DNA of 64,000 nucleotides from Chrysomallon squamiferum (GCA_012295275.1 CM022678.1:19716001-19780000), one strand, 5' to 3'; positions 37,446 to 56,990 are shown, counted from the stretch's first letter. Notes: generated by a model from the sequence alone, not told the origin. Numbers and translations: made by a program.

Positions 37446-38117
37446 ATGTGGACGAGATTGTTGTTCGTGCTGCTGCTGAGTCCCGCGGTGACGTCATTCC
37501 AGGCAAACCCTACGTGTGACAGATTCGGGACGTCGTGCAAGGATGGTGAAGGCGTGCCCTACCCCATCAACGAGTACTTCAAACACGCGTGCATCCGCTA
37601 CCACGCGTGCAAGCGCTGCGTGAGTCATACGACATTTTAAAATTAGAATCTGTAATATTACATATTAACATACAAATATTCTACTACTCTGCTATTACTG
37701 CTACTGATATTAGGAATAGGATACGTATCAGTAGTGGTAGTAGTAGTAGTAGTAGTAGTATATAGCTACAACCACGAGAACTGTAACAATCACAGCTACT
37801 ACCTTTCGTAATTCAACACGAACAACAACAACTACATCTATTACTACTATTACTACTACCACCACTACTGCTACTACTACCAGTACTACTACTAATACTA
37901 CTACTAATGCTGCTACTTCCACTACTACTTGCATTACTACTACTACTTCTACTATTACTACTTCTACTACTAACAATGATAAAATATTATCAATTATTAG
38001 TGTTATTTTGCTGTTATTGTTGTTGTTGTCGTCGTCATCTTTATCATCATTATTGTAAATTATTATCATTATCATCATCATTATTATAATTTCTTATTAC
38101 CATCATCATAATTATTA

Positions 38118-38170
<53 letters not shown>

Positions 38171-38642
38171 GATGTTGTTCTTATTGTTATTATTATTGTT
38201 GGTGTTGTTGTTGTTATTATTGTTGTTATTATTATTATTATGATTATTATTGTTGTTGTTGTTATTATTATTGTTATTGTTATTGTTATTATTGTTGTTG
38301 TTGTTGTTATTGTTGTTGTTATTATTATTATTGTTGTTGTTGTTGTTGTTATTATTGTTGTTATTATTATTACTATGATTATTATTGTTATTGTTGTTAT
38401 TACCACAGGGGAAGTTTCACAACATTGATGATGAGATGTGTGACAAGTATTTCTACTCCAAGATAAGATGGCGGTGCGGCTGGTGGAATGAGAACTGTCT
38501 GAAGCGAGTGAACCAGTACTTCGGCAAAGTGATGAAAAAACGTCAGAGCTTCCCCTCCTACTACAGCACGCGCCCGATGCCCGAGTGTCGGGAAAAGTGG
38601 GTTCGGAAGTGCATGTACTGCCGCTCGGAAACGTGCAACTGA
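37446..38642 (+). CDS. Secreted conodipine-like phospholipase A2-fold protein, 135 aa, catalytic dyad substituted
   Basis: Exons 37446-37619 (TGC|gtgagt) and 38409-38642 (cacag|GGG); signal peptide MWTRLLFVLLLSPAVTS; FKHACIRYHACKRCGKFHNIDDEMCDKYFYSKIRWRC follows the conodipine F..AC.RHD.CY.CG......CD..F...M...C scaffold; C-terminal C..KWV.KC. Confidence 0.8.
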
Positions 38643-38847
38643 CCGGCCCCGGCCTCGTTTTGAAAGACCAGCCTCGCTTTGAAATGTTTGCACACGATTC
38701 ACTTTCAACTGGGAAAAACTTTAAATCGGGATAATTTTTTTTAGCCAGCAGTGATTTTTTTTTTTTTTTTTTTTTTTGTAATGTAACTTCTACGTTTTTA
38801 TTCATTTTAAATTATACTAACTTTATTGCTGTTATTAGAATTATTGT

Positions 38848-38890
<43 letters not shown>

Positions 38891-39066
38891 TTATTATGGT
38901 ATACTGTATATGCATCTAAAATATATTACTAGACAGGTATTTATAGCATGTCTTCTGTTGTGTTTTGAAATACGTTTTTGTGGAAGAATTAATTAGTTTA
39001 CATCTTAATGCAGTTTACATTTGTAGGTTATGTGCAGTATGTAGTCAAAATTACGTGTGTGTTTTT

Positions 39067-39129
<63 letters not shown>

Positions 39130-39730
39130 CACGAACGCACGCACACATACATATACGCACATAAGTCCCCAAACATCGGACATATCACTTACATTATTTA
39201 CTATATAACGTCTATGTTCACGAATTCACGTATCTCACAGATGACCTCTGAACTTTCTATTAAGACAAACTACGTGTTAAGAATTTCAGTAACTCAATGA
39301 AATACTCCTATTTAAAACAAACAAAGAACAGGATTAGTGTGTTTTGACAGCAGATTAAAGTATCTGTAAACTTAGAATCACGCCTGTAGTTGGCCTGTCG
39401 GTCTTCAGAATTTTTAATTTGTCGAGGAAATATACAGGTCAAGTCTAAACAGATCGTAAAACATTATAATAGGAGTATTAGTATGTGTCGATAGATTAAA
39501 ATAAAGAGTTGAATATCAAAGTTTATTATGGGAAATAGCAACGGAATGTTTGTCGATGTGTGAAAAATACCATGTAATCTTAATGGAAAATTGTAGCAGT
39601 TTTATAAAGTACAAAATTTTGAATAATAATTATAAAAACAGCGATAACTTTAATAATCCAGAGAGGTGATATAAAAATAATAATCTCTTAACTGTCTGTT
39701 TAGGTGAATGCGCACGTATATATATGTTTA

Positions 39731-39835
<105 letters not shown>

Positions 39836-41305
39836 GTGTTTATGAGTATATATATATATATATTTCAATGTGTGTGTTGATATATAAATTTTGCGACTGA
39901 AATAATGATCATTTTACAACGCGAAAACGAACACTCAGCATGAATCATTTTTCAGTAACAAATTGAAATAAAACTGATTAATTAAGTTTTAATTTTTCTA
40001 ACAAAATACTGTTTACGACCCTGATCTACAGACTGGAACAAATCTTTTGGCAGCCATTTCTGTTTAATGGAACCAAATCCCATTTCGCAGGTTGACTCGT
40101 TCACGGTTCAGTGAACCGGCTAATTCTGACTCGTACGTTATGTTATAATAATAACAATACCTGCGCGTTCAGCTGGCGTGCTATACACTCTGTTATAAAA
40201 CACACGCATCGTGTGTGTGTGCGGTGACGTCATCATTTTCGTGAAGTCAATTAGTGAATCGATTGTTGGTCAGGGCTTTTCGAAGATCACACTGGTATCG
40301 TGTTTTTTTTGTTTTGATACGCTGCATGTTTAGACGTAAGCTGATTAATGTTTTATCACAAATACCAGTCTTAAGGCATTCGGTCGACAGCTGTTGGGGA
40401 AAGAAATTATATAGATTTTTTTTTCTTTCTGGATTTATTGTTTTTCGTGAAAAATCTTCTTCTTCGTTTATTATTGCGATTATTTATTTACTACATTTAT
40501 TATAATAATTATTATTGATTTCCCCGTTAGCTGACAAAAAAAAAAAAAATAATTCTCTTTTTTTTTTTTTTTTTTTTGATGACCTAGGGAAAAGCTGTTA
40601 ATTTTCATGATAATGGACTTAGTAGCAGACGTTGCTATGCGCTTGGGTTCTGTCAGCTAATTTCTTCCATCTTTTCTCAACGAAACAAGTATTTCGTTAG
40701 TAACACTGCACAAAGCTTCTTGTTGGAGAAAGTTAAAATATTTCGGGTAGTGGTGCAAAAGGACTTTATTTCTCACTTTACAAAATAATATTTATCACAG
40801 ACAAATATATATATTTTTTGTTTCGGCTGTCTTTGAATATGGTGTAGCTACACTGGCAAACAGGAATTGGAAATTCGAGACGTCATTCATTCCCAGGTGC
40901 AATTTTGTTTTCAGGGAAAAGACTGGTAAACGTAAGTATATTGTTAAACTAAATCAATTTTCGTGAAATCTTTTAAAGATTTCAGGATGTGTGGTTAGTA
41001 TCAGTTAAGATATTAATAAGGAAATATATAGAGAAGAATTTAATTTTATACAAACTAGATGTGACTGTGTTGTTCGATTTTATTTCTTTTATTTTCAAAA
41101 TCCATTACATGCCAGCCTTTTATTTTTGTATGTGATAAAGAGATTCTCAAACATATTTCGTGCGTATTCAGAATGTATGTATAACGTTTGTATTATTATT
41201 ATTATTGTTGTTGTTGTTGTTGTTGTTGTTGCTGTTGCAGCTTTTCTTTTTATTGTTGTTTCATTATCATTATTATTATTATTGTTATTATTATTGTTGT
41301 TTTTG

Positions 41306-41354
<49 letters not shown>

Positions 41355-42306
41355 TATTATTATTATTATCATCATCATTATCATTAGTAGTAGAAGTAGC
41401 AGTAGAGTAATATAATACTATCATGTTGTTGCTATTGTTGAATTCTTTTTTATTATTTATTTATTTATTTATTTATTTATTATTTAGTTATTTAATTCGT
41501 TAGTTAGCTAGTCTGTTTTTTTTTCGTACTTGTTATGTCGGTTAATTGTTTTGACAATTTTCAGTCTATGTTAACTGCTCCAAATTGCGCTTCATTACTG
41601 TTGCCATGCATCATTAAACACGGCATGCGAACATGATACGTAATATAACCTAAAACCTGTACCATTGTTCCCTTCATCAAGATTAACACAAATAGTGCTC
41701 TACTGTTAGTATATGTGTCATACATACATACGTACACACGCAATTAAATATAGTTGTACACTGACAAATATACATACATATACACACACGTACACACACT
41801 CATAAAGAGAAACCTGTATGAATCTACACACACACACACACACACACATGAGTACAAACACGTGTGTATATATATATATAAACAATAATACACATAATAC
41901 TATGACTGGTCTTTTATAAGTGATGAATCACAGAATTCAGTTTTCAGTTTATTTTGTATGGACTGTATTTGTTCTGCCGAACTGACAACAGTGTGTAACA
42001 GAAACCTGACGACAGAACAATAACGTTTGTATCTATCAATCTATCTATCTATCTATCTATCTATATATATATAACCCAATCGTAATAAAAACTTATATAT
42101 ATAGGGTATAGTCCGGAGACCAATCATAAATTGCAGCAATGTTGATTAAAATTAAAATCTTAAATAAATAAATAAATAAATAAATAAAAATGTATATGTA
42201 TTTTACAGCAACGTCGTGCGTATTTAGAGAACAAAACTCATTACTGTGAGCGTTATGACAATTTGACTACAACAACGACATTAAACATAACAACAACAAC
42301 AACGAC

Positions 42307-42372
<66 letters not shown>

Positions 42373-43037
42373 CCATGAAAAGTCAGGAAATATAATTTAT
42401 TGTGTTTGTTTACATTTTGAGCTACATTGCTGCGGAACTGTAAACACGTGTAAACAAATTACGTCACATATGACGTAAAAACTGTGGCGACTGCCTTAGT
42501 GTTTGTTTTTATCGAGGATGGAGAAGAAGATTTATCGTCAAATGCAAATATCAAATTTTCAGCCGAAATTTAAAGCATTTTCTTTGTATATTAGTAAGTT
42601 TTCTGTTGTTACTAATCTCCCAGAAGAAGAAAATATTCTTGTTCCCAGCTGCTAGTTTGATAAATGACGTACGATAATCTTGTATCACATTTGCCAAATA
42701 GATTTGCTTATTTAAAGACTTCTTATTGAAGTAACTGCAACCACGAGCGACATGCAAAACAGAAAGCATGAATATTGGTATATTTTAACATGAATATTGA
42801 TATATATTAACATGAATATTGGTATATTTTAACATATACGCCAACAATAAGGACATACACCAAGGAAATACACCTCAGCTGCCCGGATAAAATTAAAACG
42901 TGACTTCGAGATTTCGAAATTTATTTCTTCTTTCCTTTTCTTATCTTTTATATTATTTCATTTTTTTCATTTTTTTTTATTTAATAAAATAATTCGGTTT
43001 ATATAGCCCATATTTTAAACTCGTACCACTGATAGTA

Positions 43038-43081
<44 letters not shown>

Positions 43082-43633
43082 ATTGTAATGATCAGCAGTA
43101 TAATGATGATGATGATGATGATAATGATCATGGCATGATAATCACGATCCCATGATGTTAATGGTGATCACTGCAATAATAATGATGATGATCACTATAA
43201 TAATAATGATAATAACTATAATAATGATGATGATGATCACCATAACAAAAAATAATGATGATCACAATAATAATAATCATGAAGATCACTATAATAATGA
43301 TGATGATGATAACTATAATAAAAATAATGATGATCACTATAATAATGATGATGATCACTATAATAATGATGATGATGATCACTATAACAATAATGATGAT
43401 GATCATTAATAATGATGATGATAACTATAATAAAAATAATGATGATCACTATAATAATAATGATGATGATCACTATAATAAAAATGATGACGATCACTAT
43501 ATAATAAAAATAATGGTGATCACGACAATAACAATAACGATGAGATGATAGTAACACGAATCCTGTTAATTAACGATGTTTGTCGATGAAGACAATTCAT
43601 GTTGTAGTTGACGATGTTGCAGGTCTGTAGACG

Positions 43634-48058
<4,425 letters not shown>

Positions 48059-48182
48059 CGTAGCAGCTGTTGATCTCGTACAGTGGTGGGCGGAGCAAGG
48101 CAGCAGACAGATCTGTCTAAAATGATTGACACGTTGTCATTTCAAAGAGGTGGAGTCAAAACAACAATATTACTATTATGAA

Positions 48183-48246
<64 letters not shown>

Positions 48247-49694
48247 ACAACAACAACAACAACAACTATTATACTACTACTACTATTACTGCTACAACTA
48301 CTACAACCATGACTACTTAACTACTATTTATATCATTATTGTTGTTGTTATTATTATTATTTATTTATATATTATTAATAAATATATTGAAAATAAACTA
48401 ACAATAAATAAATATACAGCAAAATATGTTCACTTTTTAATTTAATATCTTTTAGTTTTTAAAATGCCCACAGCACGTGATAAGGGGGGGGGGCGTTACT
48501 ACGGTGACGTGATGGACAGGGAAGGACCCGCTCTCCTCATTAATATTCATTTATTATTTTAGGACAGAACGTTACACATACTTTGATGTGGGTGGGGTTT
48601 AGAAGTGTGCTTCTTTTCAAACGGCTTATACATGTCGGTTTATTATTATTAGTAGTAGTAACAGTAGTAGCAGTAGTTGTCGTGGAGGTTGTGGTGGTGG
48701 TAGTAGCAGTACTGTAAATCATGGACTGAAAACGTTTAAAATTAAACTGTTTTATAATGATGACGAGCTAGCTGTTCTAAATAAAGAAACACGACGTGAG
48801 CGACATAGCTGTAAGCTAAGTGCAGTGTATACAACGGCTACGACAACGGCACACGTTATAAGTGACGTGATTAGTATTTAGATTAGTTATACGTCAGGTC
48901 GTTTTTATGTTCGTTCTTGAATAACTGAATTTTCATATATAATGTTAATCCTGTTATTGTTAAAATATATATACCACTTTGGATTTCTAGTATTATATAC
49001 GAGCTTTCTACAATCCTGCATTTAGTTTCATCTGTTTTATTTTACTTGATAATTTTGTTTGATCATAATTTTATTCATCGTTTAAGTTCAATGCTTATTT
49101 CATAGTTAAACAAGTTCTGACTAAAATGCCGCAGCCAAGATATTTTTAAAAAATGTACCCTTTCGTTAATTTTTACTTAAGTTCCAATATAGAAAAAAAA
49201 AAAAAAAACAACAACAACAAAAAACAAACAAACAAGCAAATAAATAAATAAATAAATAAAATAAAATAAATAACAGTGTGAGTGTGTATAATTTATATTA
49301 GTTCTTGTTAGCAAGGACACTGGTTAAATAAATTGAAAGATAAGCACAAAGACAAGATGAGTATGAAAAAGATATTTTATTCAAAACACATATGTCAACT
49401 TGAACAACGTTAAACAATGTAAAAACAACAACTGTCTAAGGAATGCGCTGAATTATTATCATTATTATATATATATATATATATATATGTGTATATATAT
49501 ATATTGTTTTGTCTTGATTGGGGTAAAACTGTGTCTTTCATCTTTTACAATTCAGTTAAACTGTACATTCAGGGCACCCTTGTAGAGCGAAAACTCTCAA
49601 CAGTTTATGGAGAAAGAGAGAGAAGAAAATAATTTTTCTAAAACGTTTTGCTTTTCAGTTTCTTAAAATTTGTTATTTACAAATCAAATTTAGC

Positions 49695-49810
<116 letters not shown>

Positions 49811-49906
49811 GAGAGAGAGAGAACAAAGTTAACAAAGTTTACAAAAATATGCAATATTAGAAATGAATGATATGATGTGTGTATACAAATTTTCTTATAT
49901 ATTAAT

Positions 49907-49975
<69 letters not shown>

Positions 49976-50105
49976 TAATAATAGTAAAAATGGGAGACAT
50001 CTGATCTGGATTAATAACAAAAATATTCAAGAGTTATCTACCTTAGTATTTCAAACAGAAATGGCAACACTTTAAAATATATATTGAAATTAGGTTACCA
50101 GATAA

Positions 50106-50155
<50 letters not shown>

Positions 50156-51864
50156 GACTACATAAAATACAGAAAATCATAATCGGAAAAGGAGATAAAT
50201 TGATATAATCTATGTACACTTTTTTTTAAATTGTTTTTCTCGATGTATTTGACAAAGATTTGTTTCAAATAAAATCAATCCCTGTTTGGAAACAACAGAT
50301 AATAGTGATTTTTATAATATTAGCGAATTTGATGTTGATAAGTAACAAACATACATTCAAACCATAGAAAGAAAATAATTTAGAAATGAATAGAGATGCA
50401 GGTAATATATATATATATATTACATATTGTCACGTGACCGGAAGACCAGACCATACGAAGACTAAAAATGGAGGTAGTCACATGACTTTGGTTCAAATCA
50501 AACTCACACTAGTCTCGATAGTATCGATATCATTAAGTTAGTGATCTATTATCGATAAACTTTTGAACGGAAGCTGAGCAAGGTCAATTTACAGATACGT
50601 AATTAAAGATTTAACGACAATGGACTGAGAGATGCAAAAACGATTTTAATCATTACATTTAGCTGGGGAACGTAACAGAAAAAAAAAAAGGTTCGATTTG
50701 TTTGGTATACCAAAAGGAAGTCAGGAAATTAATCTAGAACGCTTCAGTGACTAACTTTGATGCTGAGTAATAACTATAATTATAGTCCAAAGCTGAGTAG
50801 CCACAGAATGTGAATTCCGTGTTGACAGGTATTAGCAAGTTTTGATTTCATAATGGTGGGCTGGCCAAACATCAATATGGATAAAAGAATCCGATAGAAC
50901 AATAAACAAACAAATAAATAAATAAGTAAATAAATAAACAAATAAATAAATAAATAAAAACAATAATTAAACAAACAAGAAATAAATAAGCACAATAAAT
51001 AAATAAATTAAATAATTTAAATGAACACAATAAATAAATAAATAAATAGATAAATAAATGAGAGAAGTAAAAAACAATACAGTGATGAGAATCTCTTTCG
51101 CAAATCAGGAAAAAAATTTAATTTAAAAAAATAAAATGAAACGATAAAAGATAAAAGGAAGGGGAAAGGTTCGAACATATTAAAATAACATTGTCTTTAC
51201 GTTAAAATAACACGATTTCCCGAAACAATTAGTAAAAGTCTGAAAATAAAATCATTATTCTATTGGTCAGTTTTCCTCACAACACACCCTTTCAGATGTT
51301 CTATGAGAAAGATAACTCTATTTTGTGCATTTGCGCAGAAAAAGATAACTCCACTTTTCATTGGTTAAAAAAAAAAAAAAAAAAAAAAAGATTATTTGGA
51401 TTAATCTAACAAAGATAGCTCCATTCTTTAAGAAAGACAACTCCATTCTTTAAGAAAGACAACTCCATTTTTAGATTTACCTGCCATTTCGCTTTGATTG
51501 TTCCTCTGGTTAATCACTCACGTACTGTATATACACTTTTTTTCTTCTTATTCCTTTTAATGATAATAAAAACAACAACAATTTTTTTTTTTTTATAAAG
51601 TCGAAATCACCCATACCTCGGTACTTAACAATATTGTTCTGACCACAGTTTTTTTTAAAAGAATCATTTGTTGACGAACAGTTTCTTTTCTTAATGACAG
51701 ACTATTTTTTCTTTGTCAGTTCAATATGAACGCCAAGTATCTACCAGTAGTCACATATTTGTGTCACTGTCTCACAGTTAACGCTTGTCACAAATTTTAG
51801 TTACATCTCGTGTAAATTTCAGACTTACTTTAGACTTTGGTAGTATCTGTTACATTTTATGTTC

Positions 51865-52625
51865 GTACGTCACTATTTCAGCTTGTGTTTATGTGTCACT
51901 ATTTCAGCTTGTTTGTGTGTCACTATTTCAGCTTATATTTCGTGTCACAATTTCAGCTTGTGTTTGTGTTTCACTATTTCATTTTAAATTTGTGTCTCTA
52001 TTTCAGCTTATATTCGTTTCACTATTTCAGCTTATGTTTGTGCGTCATTATTTCAGCTTATGTTTGTGTGTCACCATTTCATTATATGTTTGTGTATCAC
52101 TGTTTCAGCTTATATTCGTGTCACTATTTCATTTTATGATTGTGTGTTACTATTTCAGCTCATGTTTGTGTGTCACTATTTCATTTTATGTTTGTGTGTT
52201 ACTACTTCAGCTCATGTTTGTGTGTCACTATTTCAGCTCATGTTTGTGTGTCACTATTTCAGCTTATGTTTGTGTGTCACTATTTCAGCTTATGTTTGTG
52301 TGTCACTATTTCAGCTTTGGTTTGTGTGTCTACATTTCAGCTTGTGTTTGCGTGTCACTGTTTCAGCTTCTTATGTTTGTGTGTCACTGTTTCTTATGTT
52401 TGTGTGTCACTGTTTCAGCTTATGTTTGTGTGTCACTGTTTCAGCTTATGTTTGTGTGTCACTGTTTCAGCTTATGTTTGTGTGTCACTGTTTCAGCTTA
52501 TGTTTGTGTGTCACTGTTTCAGCGTATGTTTGTGTGTCACTGTTTCAGCTTATGTTTGTGTGTCACTGTTTCAGCTTATGTTTGTGTGTCACTGTTTCAG
52601 CTTATGTTTGTGTGTCACTGTTTCA
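51865..52625. repeat. 26-bp minisatellite TATGTTTGTGTGTCACTGTTTCAGCT, ~29 copies
   Basis: Direct inspection; explains the Cys/Val-rich ORFs in three frames. Confidence 0.95.
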
Positions 52626-52945
52626 CAGTCAATCTTCGCGTGTCACAATTTCGGAAGTTACGTCGTCGCAGATGTTTGTGTTTCCCAGTTACAACTTTCA
52701 ACATCGAAGTTGTTACCGTGATCCAGTTCATGTTTCTCACTGGGCTTTTACAAAACGACTAACGTAATGTTTCATATTACAGAGTTACTGTGTAACACGA
52801 CAACCACTTGTTTGTTTCGAACATAAACAGTCATCTTAGATCCAGTGACGTCATATTTCATTCTTTCCCGTCAGAAGCTCCAGTACCTCCTTACAGTTTA
52901 CTCAGATTTTGTTCATCCTGAATTAAATGTTAAAATTATTCAATG

Positions 52946-52979
<34 letters not shown>

Positions 52980-53644
52980 AAAAAAACGTCTGGAAATATC
53001 ATCCTAGCCAATATTTTTTTTTAAAAACACACTGCACTCGGCGTCCGACTAAAATATCATCGTTGATGTATATTTCTGTAAGTCATCTGTGCTGATGTCA
53101 CTTGAAAATCCATCAACAGATTAGGTTAGCGTATAATCTGTGTAAAAAAAAAAAATAAAAAAAAACAAAGATCTTCTTAATGTTTCTTTTCTGAAACAAA
53201 ACACTCTTTCGCACCGTCACTCTCGTTTACCCTGGAGAGAAAAAACCCGCACACGTAGACACAGCTTGGAGTCTATACACTTATCACATTTTTTTTTCTG
53301 ATAGAAATATTCACACTAGAATAGAAACCCGCACAGAAAATGAACGCAACGTGTTTTAAACTGACACCTTCCCTCTTGGTGGACAGACACACTCGAACGG
53401 AAACCCGCACCGACGACACAACGTGTTCAAACTCGACGACGTCTTCCTTTCAACAGAAACATTTCAACCTTCTCGGGGACAAAACTTCTGTTTTCCTTCG
53501 ACGTCCTCTTCACACAGACAAAAACACTCGAGAAGAAACCCGCTCGTACAAAAAAAGCAAGGTGCTCAATTTGACCGCCCTCTTCTGGTAGATTTAAAAA
53601 CACTCTCGAGTAGAAACCCGCAAAGACTGTACACCACAGCGTGT

Positions 53645-54450
53645 TCAGATAGACGCCCTTTTCTGGTAGAAATACTGGGACTGCAGAAACGAACTCGACT
53701 TTTCCATGACGCTCTGCGTGTCTTCCTTAGCACTCGACTGCGACGTTTTGGGTAACAAATGACCGATCTTGCTCGGGGCCATAGTCACTTTGTAGCGCGG
53801 TTTCGCTTTCGATCTCAGATTATAACACGAACACGAGCACACGGAAATAAGGTCGTTGAACTCCGGGGCCTCTTGAGCCCCAGACACCACCTGACCGTTC
53901 GACATTATGACGTCACCCTCCAGTCGGGCGGCGCCTTGCGCAGCCGCAGCGGCTTCCAACTCCTCCCTTCGTTCGTCTACGGTGTTCATCGTCAAAAATC
54001 GCAACACAAGTAAATTCATCGCGGCCGATATGACCGTCAGCCCGAACAAGATGAAAATCAAACTGAACGCCACGTAGTGCGGCTTGTACGACAGCGCATT
54101 GTCTTTTTGCAAGGCCACGAAGTCGCCGAAGCCGATGGTGGTCAAGGTTATGAAGCAGTAATACAGAGAGTTGATGTACTCCCAGCCTTCGTAGTACGAG
54201 AAAGCCGCCGCGCCCGTGGTCAGTATGATGGTGGACAGGCTCATGGCCACCATGATGAGGTGAGTTTCGGACACCTCGGCGCTGTTCATCCTGAAACACT
54301 TTCTGAGCTGTTTGAGTAAGAACGTGACGAACGTGTTGAGTCGCTCACCCACGCTCTGGAACATGACGATACACAGCGGAATCCCAGCCACAGCGTAAAA
54401 CATACAGAATATTTTCCCTCCCACTGTCTGCGGTGTGCTGTGTCCGTAAC
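53645..54450 (-). CDS. TASK-family two-pore-domain K+ channel (KCNK3/KCNK9/SUP-9-like), final coding exon; first exon not found, probably beyond window end
   Basis: tttcag|[20 protein letters not shown]...[10 protein letters not shown]...[19 protein letters not shown]...[14 protein letters not shown]...KRASI*; GYGH, VLRFLT and terminal 14-3-3-type motif are TASK hallmarks. Confidence 0.95.
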
Positions 54451-54532
54451 CTGAAAAAATAGTAATAATAATAATAATAGTAGTAATAATAGTAGTAGTA
54501 GTAGTAGTTTGTAGTAGTGGTAGTAGTAATAA

Positions 54533-54579
<47 letters not shown>

Positions 54580-54920
54580 CCAGTAAAAAAATGTTGTAAA
54601 AAAAATGAATAATAAATAAATAAATAAAATAATAATAATAAATAAATAATAATGAAACAAAGTAGTAAACAAACAAACAAACAAATAAATAAATAAGTAA
54701 AAATAGTAGTAATCACAAAAAAAAAAATATATGTTGGATGATATTATAAGAATATAAAAAGTGAATAAATAAATAAAAAATAAAAAATAAATAAATAAAT
54801 AAATAAATAAATAAAAATAAATAAATAAATATAAAAAATAAATATAAAATAAAATAAATAAATAAATAAGTTGGATGAATAAATAAAAATATATCAATAA
54901 AAAATAAACATAAAGACGAA

Positions 54921-54959
<39 letters not shown>

Positions 54960-55235
54960 ATGAAAAATAAAATAAATAAATAAACAAAAAAAAAATAAAT
55001 GAAATAAATAAATGCTTAAAATAATAAAATAAACAAACAAACAAATAAAGACATAACAAACCAAACAAACAAATAAACAAATAAACAGATGAGTTCATAA
55101 ATTAGGAATTGTTTGTAAATAACGTTTACAGGTATTTAATTTAATACATGTGTAAAGATATAGTTTACTGGAAATAATTACATATAATTAACATTTTATA
55201 AATTTTTAAAAGAAATATATCCTTTAATTTAATGG

Positions 55236-55300
<65 letters not shown>

Positions 55301-55666
55301 CAAACGCACCTTATAGTATTCAATTAAGTACAATTTAAAATAAAATAAAATACATAAAAGCGAAATGACAGTTGGTAATGTATAAATAAACGAAATTAAC
55401 ATGAAATATCAGACACTTGTTGAAAACAGATTAAAGAAATCTGTTACAGATTTATCTGACGAAGAGGATAAAAAAATAAATAAAAAAAATAAAATAAAAC
55501 AAAAAAAATAAAAAAATAAAAAAATACTGCTGTGTTATCTTTACCTCACCAAACTGATTAGAAAAAACCCCAGAAAAGATTGTTAATACAGTCTGACATT
55601 GAAACCTTTCTACTTGATTAAATGTGAGACAGGGGTGAAGTAAAACAACAAAACGAAGCAAATAAA

Positions 55667-55708
<42 letters not shown>

Positions 55709-56916
55709 AAAGAAAACATAAAAGAAATAAACATCCCCTCCACTGAAAAAAATAAAAGTAAAAATAAAATAAAATATAATAAAATAAAAATAAAAATCAA
55801 TAAATAAATAAATAAATAAACAAACAAACAATAAATAAATAAATAAATAATAAATAAATAAATAAATAAATAAACAAATAATAAATAACCAAACAAACAA
55901 ACAAACAAACAAACAAACAAATAAATAAATAAATAACAACCACCCACTAACACACAAAAAAAATTAAAAATTAAAAAAGTTTAAAAAAAAAAGAAGTAAA
56001 TAAACAAATGAATAAATAAATAAATAAAATAAAATAAAATAAAATAAAATAAAAAATAAAAAAAAAAATAATAAATAAACAAAACAAAAATAACAAATAA
56101 TAAATAAAAATAAATAAATAAACAAACAAACAAAAATAAATAATAAAACAAACAAACAAACAAATAAATAAATAAATAAATGAATGAATAATACAACCAC
56201 CCACTAACACACAAAAAAAAAATTAATAATTAAAAAAGTTCAAAAAAAAAAAAAGAAGAAGAAGTAAATAAACAAATCAATAAATGAGTAAATAAAATAA
56301 AAAATAAAATAAAAAAAAAATAAAAAATAAAACAAAACAAAAAAAAAAAAAAAATTTTTTGTTTACTGAAATGCTAATCTAGGCAAGGAAGCATTCTCAA
56401 GATGTGATACACTAAAAAAAAAAAAAAAAAAAAAAAACTTCTTCCGGCTGAAACTTTTTTTTCCCCTTTTTTTTTCCTTTTTTCTCTTTTTTCTCTTTTT
56501 GAAACCGAAATAGAAAGTTTCTGTTAGCGCATTAGCGAAGTATGTTTAACTAAAAATAAATAAAACGCTTAACCTCGCTTCTTGAAGTCGGCCTGTCTGT
56601 TCTCACATGTGTTTTTGTGCGAACCTCGTTAAATCGTTTTAAAAAAAAACGGCGAAACTGCACTGCTAGGATTTGGACGTTGTTAACGTCAGCTTAGACG
56701 AGGTTTCAACGATACGCAGGGACCGCTCTCCTGTCGAGTGCGTGCTTTTTTAAACGTCACTAGTGGCAACAGCTTCATAATCGTCGACAACAACGGCAAT
56801 AAAAGGAAGAAGATGAAACTTCAGTGTAACTGGCTTCTTGAATAAGCGTTGTGTTAAAACAAGTGTTTTTCAAATAAATGTTATGTGTGCGCGTATGTGT
56901 GTTTGTGTGTGTGTGT

Positions 56917-56990
<74 letters not shown>

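Noticed and set aside
40528-40660. TTAGCTGACA...TGTCAGCTAA inverted pair as MITE ends
   Set aside because: Only 10-13 bp, no target-site duplication seen and no second copy in the window.
51785-52767. Long Cys/Val-rich ORFs (325, 235 and 193 aa)
   Set aside because: Open in several frames because the 26-bp minisatellite lacks stops on this strand; no domain or coding signal.
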